Source of the DNA: an uncultured Chitinophagales bacterium
GTDB lineage: Bacteria > Bacteroidota > Ignavibacteria > UBA10030 > UBA6906
Assembly: GCA_964444145.1 (NCBI GenBank)
Contig: CAYUFU010000005.1
Span: forward strand, 1,667 to 65,666
DNA: 64,000 bases
Direction: 5' to 3'
In this document: one piece after another, positions 1 to 8,670 of the stretch
Layout: every line of letters begins with the position of its first letter
Position numbering within the stretch: position 1 is the first letter of the stretch
Notes under the pieces: generated by a model
What the model was told of the DNA's origin: nothing
Seen by the model: the letters and a program-made list of their open reading frames with translations, nothing else
The model's database searches: none
Program-made: the position numbers and the translations under genes

Positions 1-954
1 TGCTGCATGCGCCGGGCACGCAACATGGCAGCGTCCACACTTCGTGCACGCGTCGAGATCGAGCAGTTCCTTCCACGTAAAGTCGGTGATTGTGCGGTAG
101 CCGGGCTTCGGCGCGCCTTCCGCCGGGCGCGGCAATCGTCGCGCAGCCATTGGGTCTTTGAAGATAAGATTCGCCAAGTCCGTGAAGATGTGCATCGCTT
201 TGGAATAGGGAAGGTACGCGAGGAACACCATCACGAGAACGGCATGAACCCACCACGACGCGAGATGCAACGGCACAACGTGAGTATGCAATCCTATTCC
301 ATTCGTCGCCTCGGCAAGCATCCACCCGACGGGTGACCATCGCTCGAACTCCGGCATGTGCTCGGCAATGCGAAACCCTTCGATGAGATAGCCTGTGACG
401 CCAATGAGAAAGAGTAATGTGAGAAACATTTTGTCGTCGAGCGCGTACCCTGTGCGGTTGTACTTTCCGTTTTGGGCATCTGCGCGATGGTAATCGAGTT
501 GCGGTAAATGGAACGATGAGCGCCGCACCATCATCATCGCGAGCCCGATGAGGAACAGCACACCAAAAATATCCAGTACGACGGAGAACCAAAGGTAAAA
601 CGTCCCTTGCAGTATCTTCATGCCGAAGAAGCGGAGGATGTCGTGATCAATTGCGACGAGCACCGTTCCGATGAAGAGCACCACGAATCCCCAGAAGATG
701 AGGAAATGTGAAAGCCCCGCATACGTGTCGCGATGGAAGATGGTTCGGTTCTGCGCGATCGCCACTAGTGCACGGCGGATTCGTTCTCCGATATTGTTGA
801 GACGATTGACAGCGCGGCCGCGGCGATATTTTTTGTAGCGACGATAGAAGCCGTACAGAAACGCGAGAGAAGTAATTCCCGCAACGGCATAGAATGTCCA
901 CTGCATCCAATCGGGAAAGTGAGCGAAAATTTCGCGGGTCGGTGTATCGAACAT
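1..954 (-). CDS. Membrane-anchored Fe-S oxidoreductase, EMO/HdrD-like; 5' part only, gene runs off the window start
   Basis: Absent from the ORF track because there is no stop inside the window. My translation of the minus strand from ATG 954..952 gives MFDTPTREIFAHFPDWMQWTFYAVAGITSLAFLYGF... It has several hydrophobic helices with conserved His (b-haem membrane-domain style), then DACTKCGRCHVACP (4Fe-4S motif) at the window edge. The junction TAGGAGACATCATG with the upstream gene supplies an SD. Confidence 0.75.
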   Translation of the reverse strand, partial: MFDTPTREIFAHFPDWMQWTFYAVAGITSLAFLYGFYRRYKKYRRGRAVNRLNNIGERIRRALVAIAQNRTIFHRDTYAGLSHFLIFWGFVVLFIGTVLVAIDHDILRFFGMKILQGTFYLWFSVVLDIFGVLFLIGLAMMMVRRSSFHLPQLDYHRADAQNGKYNRTGYALDDKMFLTLLFLIGVTGYLIEGFRIAEHMPEFERWSPVGWMLAEATNGIGLHTHVVPLHLASWWVHAVLVMVFLAYLPYSKAMHIFTDLANLIFKDPMAARRLPRPAEGAPKPGYRTITDFTWKELLDLDACTKCGRCHVACPAHAA

Positions 955-962
955 GATGTCTC

Positions 963-2099
963 CTATGCTGCGATGAGTTCTTCGTTCAGCGCAAGGCGGA
1001 GCGACGAGTCGTCACCATCGCGTTCTGGCAGCAGCCCAACGCGCTCGTGGATTTCCGGCAGCAGCTTCATGCCGCTCTCGAAGTCAACGATGCGATTGAT
1101 GAGATAAAAGAGATACATCGTCGTCAGCCAGTCGGTGAACTCCTGCTTCGAGCCAAGGTGTTTTCGCATGTTGAGCATAATCCAGGAGAAATGTTCCCAT
1201 GTGTCGAAGCAGGTGGCGCAATCGCGCGTGTTGCCGGTACAGCACCGCCGTGTGGTGAAATCGGCGTTGTATGCGCGAAAGTGATGACTGAAGGGGTTTC
1301 CGTTCTTCACGCGTTCGCGGTTGATGTTGTTGTCCGGACTGATGCTCGTACACACGTCGTAACCCCACTGTTCGTTGTAGAGACGTCCCGTGGAGATGAC
1401 ATGGCTGAGATAACTCGTCATCAGAATGCGATCGGGATAGCGCGCAATCATCTTGTTGATTTCGCGCCGCGCCGCAGCAAAACCGATGTTGTTATCGAGT
1501 TCGCCGCCGAGGCTGCACAGGTCGCCGTAAAAATTGAAGAGCACGGGATTGCCATTCGCGACGCATTGCTCGACGACGGACGCGATTTCATGAGCGTTCC
1601 CGGGAGTAACCGTGTAATACCAGAACGCTCGCGGGTCGTTCCTGTAATTGTGCAGTGCCTTTTCAAAAACATCGAGTGAGCCGCTGCCGCGCAGGCGCGT
1701 ATCCGTTTCATGGCTGCCCCAAACTGCAACGCCGATGGGCAAGTTCTCGAAACCATCGTATGGAATCGTACGCAAGCCGTTCGTTGCAACGTTCATCCAA
1801 AAACTTTCATACAGCTTCTTCATACGATGCAATGCGAGACTCGGCTCGCCGCCGACGACCGTGACGAAATTCGTCCCGCGAGCTTTCTCTCGTGCGATGA
1901 AGGCATCAAACTGTGCATCGTCCTTTGGCGCATGATGCGTATCCATCGCTTCCGCAAAAAAATAGCAACCGGCGCAGCGGATGGTGCACGCGTGCGTGAT
2001 GTCCAAGGCTATGGACTTTAGCGGACCTGCATCGCGAATTTCTCGATAGAGACGATTGAGGAATGGGTCTTCGAGATATTCCTTCAAACTGCTGGGCAT
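963..2099 (-). CDS. Radical SAM protein with C-terminal Cys-rich (SPASM/twitch-like) region, function unknown
   Basis: 378-aa ORF. CxxxCxxC triad in ITHACTIRCAGCYF, a GGEP motif, and a C-terminal cluster RRCCTGNTRDCATCFDTW. Overlaps the upstream ligase gene by 16 nt and lies 8 nt from the EMO-like gene. Confidence 0.8.
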   Translation of the reverse strand: MPSSLKEYLEDPFLNRLYREIRDAGPLKSIALDITHACTIRCAGCYFFAEAMDTHHAPKDDAQFDAFIAREKARGTNFVTVVGGEPSLALHRMKKLYESFWMNVATNGLRTIPYDGFENLPIGVAVWGSHETDTRLRGSGSLDVFEKALHNYRNDPRAFWYYTVTPGNAHEIASVVEQCVANGNPVLFNFYGDLCSLGGELDNNIGFAAARREINKMIARYPDRILMTSYLSHVISTGRLYNEQWGYDVCTSISPDNNINRERVKNGNPFSHHFRAYNADFTTRRCCTGNTRDCATCFDTWEHFSWIMLNMRKHLGSKQEFTDWLTTMYLFYLINRIVDFESGMKLLPEIHERVGLLPERDGDDSSLRLALNEELIAA

Positions 2100-3106
2100 A
2101 CTTCTCTATCACCGTGCATGAGGGAGCGTGTTCGTTCTTCCCAATCGTGTACCGATACGCCCTGTAATCCTCGCTCTACAACGTCCCAATTGCGAGCGGG
2201 ACTTGATTCCAGCCTCGCCTCTTCGATGACATTGTCGAGAACGCGGAAGCTTGCACGAACAGAGTGCCTATCGAGTTGGGCTTCTGTGGCGTGAATCCAC
2301 GCGCGTGCGGAAACCTTGAGTCTGCGCATCGGGCCCGAGGATTGGCTGTCGTTATGCAAGTTCAAATACTCAGGGGACGCCATTCGCTTCGCAATTGCGA
2401 TCGAGCGCCTTTCTTCCTCGGATGAGAGTTTTCCTTCTTCAAGGGGTCGCTGGAACGCGTTGGAGAATTCTTCAGCCAAGAGGCGTCCGAGCGTGTCGAA
2501 CTCGAATTGCCCAAACTCGCGCAATGTTGCGATGCGTTCACGCATCGTCTCAAGTGCAAGTGCGCGAAAGGATTCAGAAGGGACGCGCCACACCGCCGCC
2601 ATGCTTGCATAATCAAACGCAAACAGAACGTTACCGACAACGACTGCCGCTTCATCAATCCGTCCGCCGCCAATGCCCGCAATGCGTTTGCCGCCGACTT
2701 CGATTTCGTTGAGGTCATACAATTGCGCTTCCAACCCTACTCGTCGCAACGCAGCCACCGGAGCGGCGAGCATTCGCTGATACACATCCTTCAGCATAAC
2801 GGGCGCGCGCGAGTGATGAACGATGCACTGATAAAACAACTGATTCGCATCGAGATACGTCGCGCCGCCGCCGAGGCGCCGGCGAAACACAGGCAGCCCT
2901 CGAAGCTCCAGTTCTGCGCGGTCGAACGTCGCGTCATACACTTGATGATAACCCAGGCAGACGTACGGCGTGCGCGGTCTGCAGAAGATGATCGTGTCGG
3001 GAGAATCCTCGCGCATCAACTCCGCGACTGCGTGATACACGGCTTGCGTTTGCCACGCGTCGGTCAAGCCGAGATCGAGCAGACGGATTGTTGTCGTTTT
3101 TGACAT
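2084..3106 (-). CDS. Lipoate-protein ligase A-like protein (sLpl-type), paralog 1
   Basis: 340-aa ORF with BPL/LplA catalytic-domain motifs RRLGGGATYLD and VGGKRIAGIGG (candidate catalytic Lys). Confidence 0.8.
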   Translation of the reverse strand: MSKTTTIRLLDLGLTDAWQTQAVYHAVAELMREDSPDTIIFCRPRTPYVCLGYHQVYDATFDRAELELRGLPVFRRRLGGGATYLDANQLFYQCIVHHSRAPVMLKDVYQRMLAAPVAALRRVGLEAQLYDLNEIEVGGKRIAGIGGGRIDEAAVVVGNVLFAFDYASMAAVWRVPSESFRALALETMRERIATLREFGQFEFDTLGRLLAEEFSNAFQRPLEEGKLSSEEERRSIAIAKRMASPEYLNLHNDSQSSGPMRRLKVSARAWIHATEAQLDRHSVRASFRVLDNVIEEARLESSPARNWDVVERGLQGVSVHDWEERTRSLMHGDREVCPAV

Positions 3107-3120
3107 AAGAGCAGGCGGTT

Positions 3121-3161
3121 TGGATAACTGGATTGTTGGATGAATGGAGTATTGGAGTCCA
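3121..3161. repeat. Partial, inverted copy of the intercistronic repeat (CCATTCATCCAACAATCCAGTT core)
   Basis: The reverse complement of 3124..3148 contains CCATTCATCCAACAATCCAGTT, identical to plus-strand 14862..14883. Lies between a radical SAM stop and a ligase start. Confidence 0.6.
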
Positions 3162-4271
3162 TTACTCCATTACTCCATTGCCCACGACTCCATCAACCAA
3201 TCGTAACTGTTTTCTTATTACCACCAGGTCGTCATCGTTGGGAAGAACAGGATAATCGCGAAACTCCTCGCCTGGACGATATGATCCATAAGGGCGATTG
3301 CATGTCATGCTTCCTTCTCGGTCGGGGCAGCCGTTGGTCATGAACGGCACGCCGCTTTCAATGGCTCTATCAATTAGATCGTCTGCGGCAGCGAGCCGCT
3401 CGATATTTCCCTGCTCGTCGAACTCGATTGCGTCAGCAGAGAGACTTCGCTCTTCGATAAGATGTTTCGCAAGCTGAATGCGCCGCCAGCGATGCATCGG
3501 CGCGCGCGGCACATGCTGCATGGATGTTCCCGGCTCCGGATTGAACGAAAAGAGATAACAGGCAATCTGCTCAGACTTCAGCTGATAAAACATATTCACA
3601 AGCTCGCGGTCTGTTTCCCCAAGCCCGACGATGATGTGACAATTCACCTTCATCGGACCGAAGATGCGGCGCGCTGCACGAACAATGTGCCAGTGATGGT
3701 CCCAATCGTGCGGACCGCGCGCCTTCTTGCCGCGCGTGTTGGAAAAAACCTCCTCCGATGCTGCGTCCAAGCCAACGCCGACGATGTCTGCGCCGGCTTC
3801 CTGAATCTTGTACAAGCGCTCCTCGTTCAGCGTTGTCGCACTGACGAGCGCGGAGATTGGGACACTCGGCGCGGCGCGGCGAACGCGGTTCGTCATCTCA
3901 ATCAGGTCGTCATACGCTCGATGGTCTTGCACCTGCGCGATGCACACGCGTCCGACGCCGCTCGTAGCTTCCTTCTCCGCGATCTTCTCCGCGACAAGGT
4001 CGGTAGGGAAGAGGGGCCATGAGACGCGAATGAACGTGTTGTCTTCCGGAGTGCCGGGTCGCTCACGCGCGAGTCCGCAATACGTGCAGTTAGCGAAGCA
4101 GCCTTCGGGATAATTCTGCAACAAATTGATGCAGCCGCAACGGCAATCGCGCATGATGCGTCCGGGCTTCAGCCGCAGTTCAATCGCCGCCGCCATGCTG
4201 ATGCGAACATAGTCCGGGCTGATTTGATATTGCTCGGATTGGAGGTTTGAAGGAATGTGTACTTTTACCAT
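3162..4271 (-). CDS. Radical SAM enzyme, LipS1/LipS2-type lipoyl synthase component (candidate)
   Basis: The track ORF 3162..4298 starts at TTG; I prefer ATG 4271 (MVKVHIPSNL). Radical SAM triad CFANCTYCGL plus upstream CRCGC cysteines. Embedded between ligase genes, as in sLpl-LipS1-LipS2 clusters. Confidence 0.7.
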   Translation of the reverse strand: MVKVHIPSNLQSEQYQISPDYVRISMAAAIELRLKPGRIMRDCRCGCINLLQNYPEGCFANCTYCGLARERPGTPEDNTFIRVSWPLFPTDLVAEKIAEKEATSGVGRVCIAQVQDHRAYDDLIEMTNRVRRAAPSVPISALVSATTLNEERLYKIQEAGADIVGVGLDAASEEVFSNTRGKKARGPHDWDHHWHIVRAARRIFGPMKVNCHIIVGLGETDRELVNMFYQLKSEQIACYLFSFNPEPGTSMQHVPRAPMHRWRRIQLAKHLIEERSLSADAIEFDEQGNIERLAAADDLIDRAIESGVPFMTNGCPDREGSMTCNRPYGSYRPGEEFRDYPVLPNDDDLVVIRKQLRLVDGVVGNGVME

Positions 4272-4359
4272 AACGTGCTTGATACTGTAGAGCAACACTC
4301 CAGTGTCGCTCCTGTTGGCGCATATGAGCGATTCTGGAGAATCGCTCTACAAGAAATTC

Positions 4360-5355
4360 CTACCACATCACCCCGCAGCACGCGTTGACAAAGTGCGGCT
4401 CCAACGAATGCCCGCGTGCAAACTCCACGATTCCCTCCGCCGGATAGGCGATGCCATTCAACCCGGCTTCAATTGCGAGACGGTCTATCTCATACTTCAT
4501 CACGCCCAACGGACGAGCGCAGCCGAGCATGACAGGTGTTCGCGGCAGCGCTTTGCGCGTCGTTTCAAAGAATTTTCCAATTTCATCGAGCGGCGGCGGA
4601 GCGACATTCGCCATTGGCGTGTTGCTCAACGGCATGAGAATGACAAGCACGAGCAGCTTCGGCGGATGACGCTCGACCATTTCAAGCGCGCGCCATTCTC
4701 CTACCATCCGACCAAAGTGCAAGCCTAAAATGATATGGGGTACTGTGGGCACATTGTATCGGTGCAAGCATGCAAGAGCCTCTTCATAATCGTCGGGCGT
4801 TATGCCGCCGAGATGGTACACCTCTCGAATTGTTGCCTCGTGACCGATGAGGTCAATCATCGCGCCGTCAATACCGACCTCACCCAACGCAGCGCAGGTC
4901 TCTTCGTCCGGCAGGCCGGTGTGCACGCGAATCGTAAGCTGAAGCTCGCGGCGAACGCGCATCAAATCTGGAATGTGTTTCAGCAGCGGCACCCGCCCCT
5001 TGTTGTCGCAGCCGCCGGAGATGAGCACACCGCGAGCTCCCCGTTCTGCCAGCCGTTCGCACAACTGATACAAAGAAGCCCCTGCGTATGGCAGCGACGT
5101 CATGCCTTTGAGCACACTCATGTTGCAGTGTTCGCAGCTCAACGCGCAGGCTGTTCCTGTGATGCTGATGGAAACGAACTCCGCCGCATTTTGCTCGACA
5201 TACGCTGAAGTTTTGTACCTCTTCAATCCCGGCGCATGAAACGTGATGCTGTCGTCAAAATGCTCGCGGCGTATCGCCATGCATTCAGGGTCAACCATGA
5301 TGCGCGTGGATTCATCGCCAGAAGCAGGATGTGAGAGCAGCTCAAGCATACGCAC
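4360..5355 (-). CDS. Radical SAM enzyme, LipS1/LipS2-type lipoyl synthase component (candidate)
   Basis: 331-aa ORF with triad CALSCEHCN and a GGCDNKG motif. Overlaps the upstream ligase gene by 14 nt. Confidence 0.7.
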   Translation of the reverse strand: MRMLELLSHPASGDESTRIMVDPECMAIRREHFDDSITFHAPGLKRYKTSAYVEQNAAEFVSISITGTACALSCEHCNMSVLKGMTSLPYAGASLYQLCERLAERGARGVLISGGCDNKGRVPLLKHIPDLMRVRRELQLTIRVHTGLPDEETCAALGEVGIDGAMIDLIGHEATIREVYHLGGITPDDYEEALACLHRYNVPTVPHIILGLHFGRMVGEWRALEMVERHPPKLLVLVILMPLSNTPMANVAPPPLDEIGKFFETTRKALPRTPVMLGCARPLGVMKYEIDRLAIEAGLNGIAYPAEGIVEFARGHSLEPHFVNACCGVMW

Positions 5356-6460
5356 GTTCGGGATGAGGGTTCACAAAACAACCGTACGGCTGATTTCTCT
5401 CGAGACGTGCAAGGGCGTCTTTTGTCGCGCAATGAATCACTGTTAGCATTCGCTCAACCGGAATCATTCTCAGCTCGTCTTCCCATCGAGCGAACACGTT
5501 CAGCACTGTTGCAGTAAGTGCATCAGGTTCACTGGTGTGCCAGCGTAAACTTCGCTCGAGGTCGGCGATGGCGTCATCGGACGTGAAAAAATCGCCGTTG
5601 ATATGAACTGACTTTAGCATTCGTCCTGCGAGAGCGACTCTAACGTCAAGCAATCCTCCGCTGGTTTTCATGTGCGCAACGCCCGCCAAATCGCCGATTG
5701 CCGTCGTCTGAAATATCCATTCGGGCGTGAGATATTTTTCCTTTTCGAGTACCGCAATCGCAGCACGCTCATCGGAGGAAAATTCGCCGCGCGTCAGTTC
5801 GACGTTGAACGCAGCCGCGTAGCCTTCGGACACTTTGTTGCGAACATCGTTCATCGCAATGGCGCCGCCGATTTCGCACCGCACTGTTGACGTGCGCGCT
5901 GCGACGGTTCGAATTACTTTGTCTGAGATTTTTTCCAGCGGGGTTGAAAGCACGTGCAACATCAGCTCGACATCCAAATCAACGAGCAGCGAAGCATGAA
6001 ACAACAACCCGCCACTTGGCGCGCGATGGAGTCCGAGTCCTGCAATCTTCCGTCCGTTCACCTCGAGGTCGTTCTTGCGACGAAACGCCGCCTCGATGCC
6101 GAGCGCATGCAGCGCCGTGAGCAAGCCTTCGGCGAATTGCGTCATGAGCGCGCGAGCATTCCCGTACACGTTCTCCGCGCGGCTCGCAATCATCAACGCA
6201 ACGCCCAGTTGGTCCGCACCCATGATGATCGCGCCGCCGCCCGTGGGACGGCGATTGATTGGGATGTTGTGCTCGCGGCAGAAGTCAATATGAATCTCGT
6301 TCTCCGCTCGCTGAAATCGTCCAACTAACGCGCAGTGAGAGCGATAGGTGTAGAGTCGCAACGTCGGGGGCGACTCGCCCGAGCCAGCGCGGCGCGCGAG
6401 CGTCTCGTCGGCGGCGAGACCGAAGGAGGCGGAGACGTTGTTGTCAGTTATGAGGCGCAT
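5342..6460 (-). CDS. Lipoate-protein ligase A-like protein (sLpl-type), paralog 2
   Basis: 372-aa ORF with motifs RRPTGGGAIIMG and VNGRKIAGLG (LplA-type catalytic Lys context). Confidence 0.8.
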   Translation of the reverse strand: MRLITDNNVSASFGLAADETLARRAGSGESPPTLRLYTYRSHCALVGRFQRAENEIHIDFCREHNIPINRRPTGGGAIIMGADQLGVALMIASRAENVYGNARALMTQFAEGLLTALHALGIEAAFRRKNDLEVNGRKIAGLGLHRAPSGGLLFHASLLVDLDVELMLHVLSTPLEKISDKVIRTVAARTSTVRCEIGGAIAMNDVRNKVSEGYAAAFNVELTRGEFSSDERAAIAVLEKEKYLTPEWIFQTTAIGDLAGVAHMKTSGGLLDVRVALAGRMLKSVHINGDFFTSDDAIADLERSLRWHTSEPDALTATVLNVFARWEDELRMIPVERMLTVIHCATKDALARLERNQPYGCFVNPHPERAYA

Positions 6461-6476
6461 TTTGTATTTTGGAGTT

Positions 6477-6532
6477 ACGCCTTCAGGCGTTATCCTCTTG
6501 TTAGGGTGAGCCTGAAGGCTCGACTACGAAAA
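6477..6532. repeat. REP-like palindromes (pair, opposite orientations)
   Basis: ACGCCTTCAGGCGT at 6477..6490, and GAGCCTGAAGGCTC followed by GACTACGAAAA at 6508..6532. Confidence 0.7.
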
Positions 6533-6538
6533 CATACT

Positions 6539-7141
6539 TCAAAACATATCCCACTTCTCACCATAACCCTTGATTGGATACTTCCTCCAAATCTCCACCA
6601 ACCAATCGCGCCCCTTCTCGCGCAAATACCAATTGAAACTCGACCATTCCCATTCGTCCAACCGTTTCACATAGCCGTGCTTCACAGGGTTCCAGTGGAT
6701 GTAATTGAGCGTCGAATAGTAGTGCGCTTCGCCGCGAATCATCCGGTCGGCGAATTGGTACCAGACCTTACGCTTTCCTGTCAAGCCATCTTCCAGATTC
6801 CACCCCCGTGAAGTTGTGCCATGCAAGCTGTTGAAAAGCTCCGACAGCTTTGGAAACGCTGGAACGAACGCAAGTACATGATAGTGATTCTCCAAAAATA
6901 CCCATCCGTCAATTTCGATTTCAGCATCGCGAAGTTTTTCCAGAACGAGCGTTTGAAATTCGGTGCGACGCTCAGGTGTTGCCATGATGTGTTTGTGCTC
7001 GAAGTTCGCGGCGGTGAGGAAATAGTACGTCTTCTCGTTGAATGGATGCGGAGGCGCGTGGAGTGGATAGCCTCTTGACTTTCTTAATCGCACAACTGCT
7101 TTGCGCTGTTCTGGCGTCATGCGACGGTATTCGTAGGGCAT
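6539..7141 (-). CDS. REP-associated tyrosine transposase (RAYT; IS200/IS605 TnpA-like HUH/Y1)
   Basis: 200-aa ORF with HUH motif in ENHYHVL and Tyr motif YIHWNPVKHGYV, typical of RAYT/COG1943-like proteins. Confidence 0.85.
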   Translation of the reverse strand: MPYEYRRMTPEQRKAVVRLRKSRGYPLHAPPHPFNEKTYYFLTAANFEHKHIMATPERRTEFQTLVLEKLRDAEIEIDGWVFLENHYHVLAFVPAFPKLSELFNSLHGTTSRGWNLEDGLTGKRKVWYQFADRMIRGEAHYYSTLNYIHWNPVKHGYVKRLDEWEWSSFNWYLREKGRDWLVEIWRKYPIKGYGEKWDMF

Positions 7142-7157
7142 ATGCTTTCCTCACTTC

Positions 7158-7182
7158 AACGCCTGAAGGCGTTCCTACGAAA
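7158..7182. repeat. REP-like palindrome
   Basis: AACGCCTGAAGGCGTT followed by CCTACGAAA. Shares GCCTGAAGGC-N4-CTACGAAA with 6508..6532. Confidence 0.7.
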
Positions 7183-7183
7183 C

Positions 7184-7627
7184 TTAAACCCATCCTTGCA
7201 ACCGATACCGCTGAATTTCACTTTCGACCCAACGTGGAATCGCGCTCCCAGAAACCAACGCCGCAGATTCTTGCTTCCAATCTGTCGCGTCGAACGATGC
7301 AATCCAACCGTCGTTGTAGGGATCACGGTTGACGAGTGTTGGATCGTGCACAACGTTCACATTGCATCCGATGAGAATTCCGCTTACAGGTGCGATGATG
7401 TCTCCGGTCATCTTCGCCGCTTCGAATGTACCAAATGCTTCACCGCGCCCGACGGGCGTTCCGACTTCTTTGAGCGTTACATACACAAGGTCGCCAAGCG
7501 CCTGCAAGCCAAGTACATCAATGCCAACAATGATTCGACCTGTCGCATCATCTGCCCGCGCCCACATGTGGTTGACGGAGTCATAATAGCGATCGTGGGG
7601 AATGTAAATTGCGGTTGAAGAGGACAT
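7184..7627 (-). CDS. lbpA: GcvH-like lipoate-binding protein LbpA (copy 1)
   Basis: 147-aa ORF with lipoyl-lysine context FEAAKMTGDIIAPVSG (compare GcvH VESVKAASDIYAPVSG). Confidence 0.85.
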   Translation of the reverse strand: MSSSTAIYIPHDRYYDSVNHMWARADDATGRIIVGIDVLGLQALGDLVYVTLKEVGTPVGRGEAFGTFEAAKMTGDIIAPVSGILIGCNVNVVHDPTLVNRDPYNDGWIASFDATDWKQESAALVSGSAIPRWVESEIQRYRLQGWV

Positions 7628-7665
7628 ATAGGTCTCCGGTGCAAATGCTCAAGGAATGAGTTGTT

Positions 7666-7690
7666 GAGTGTGTCCGCTTTCGACACACTC
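7666..7690. other. Intra-operon hairpin (9-bp stem)
   Basis: GAGTGTGTC-CGCTTTC-GACACACTC between the etfA stop and the lbpA start. No U-tract on either strand. Confidence 0.4.
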
Positions 7691-7701
7691 AGGGTCAAGT
7701 G

Positions 7702-8670
7702 TCATGCCTTTGCCTTCTCAATAAGCAGCGGCACGATGTCGAACAAATCTCCTGCAACGCCATAGTGCGCGTAATCGAAAATCGGAGCGTTTACATCGGA
7801 GTTGATTGCAACAATCGTCTCGGCGTCTTTCATGCCTTCGATATGTTCAGGCGCGCCACTGATGCCGAGTGCGAGATAGAACCTCGGTTTCACTTTCACC
7901 CCGGACTTTCCGACTTGCCGCGTCTTCGGCAGCCACTTGCTGTCCACGATAGGACGTGAACAGGAGAGCGCGCCGCCGAGCGCGTCGGCAAGTTCTTGCA
8001 TCTGCGGAATGTTGTCGGCGCTCTGAATGCCGCGCCCGACACTAACGAGGATTTCTTTTGTGGTAATGTCCACACCGCCGCCTTCCGGCTCGATGAGTTT
8101 CTTGAAGCGAACCTTCGGCGTGTTCAACGCGGCGGGCGGCACGAAGTCTTCGACCGTCGGCGAGCCGCTCGCGCGTCCTTTGTCCGACGGCGAGGCACCA
8201 GCCAACATGCAGACGATTACGCCGTCGGCGGTGAACTGCGATTCAACGTTGAGCTTGCCGCCGTACAACTGGCTCGTCGCTACCACCGAGCCATCTTCCA
8301 CTTTCGCGTCGAGCGCGTATGCGACCAACGGCAGATTCGCTTTCACCGAAAGCGATGCCGCAAGGTCCATGCCCATGGAAGAATTGGCAATGAGCGTAAC
8401 GGCAGGTGCGTGTGCCTTGACGACTTCCGTCAAAGCAATGGTGTACGTTTCGGGATTGAAGTTGTCCAAACTTCCATGCTCGACGGCGATGATCTTGTCG
8501 GCGCACCCCATCTCTGCAGTAAGATTCTTCACACCGTTGCCGAGCAGTACACCAACGAGTTTGCCGCTTTTCGCATTTGCAAGCTCGCGACCTTTGCCAA
8601 GCAGTTCGAACGTTACATCGGCAAGCTTCCCTTTCAGGTGCTCGGCGACCACGAATACATCATTGCTCAT
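7702..8670 (-). CDS. etfA: Electron transfer flavoprotein alpha subunit
   Basis: 322-aa ORF with C-terminal FAD-domain motif YLALGISGAPEHIEGM. Overlaps etfB by 4 nt. Confidence 0.9.
   Translation of the reverse strand: MSNDVFVVAEHLKGKLADVTFELLGKGRELANAKSGKLVGVLLGNGVKNLTAEMGCADKIIAVEHGSLDNFNPETYTIALTEVVKAHAPAVTLIANSSMGMDLAASLSVKANLPLVAYALDAKVEDGSVVATSQLYGGKLNVESQFTADGVIVCMLAGASPSDKGRASGSPTVEDFVPPAALNTPKVRFKKLIEPEGGGVDITTKEILVSVGRGIQSADNIPQMQELADALGGALSCSRPIVDSKWLPKTRQVGKSGVKVKPRFYLALGISGAPEHIEGMKDAETIVAINSDVNAPIFDYAHYGVAGDLFDIVPLLIEKAKA

Larger units (their letters stand above)
6477..7182 (-). mobile_element. RAYT gene with flanking REP-like palindromes
   Basis: The transposase ORF is bracketed by GCCTGAAGGC-type hairpins on both sides: 6477..6490 (inverted), 6508..6532 and 7158..7182. 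Confidence 0.7.
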
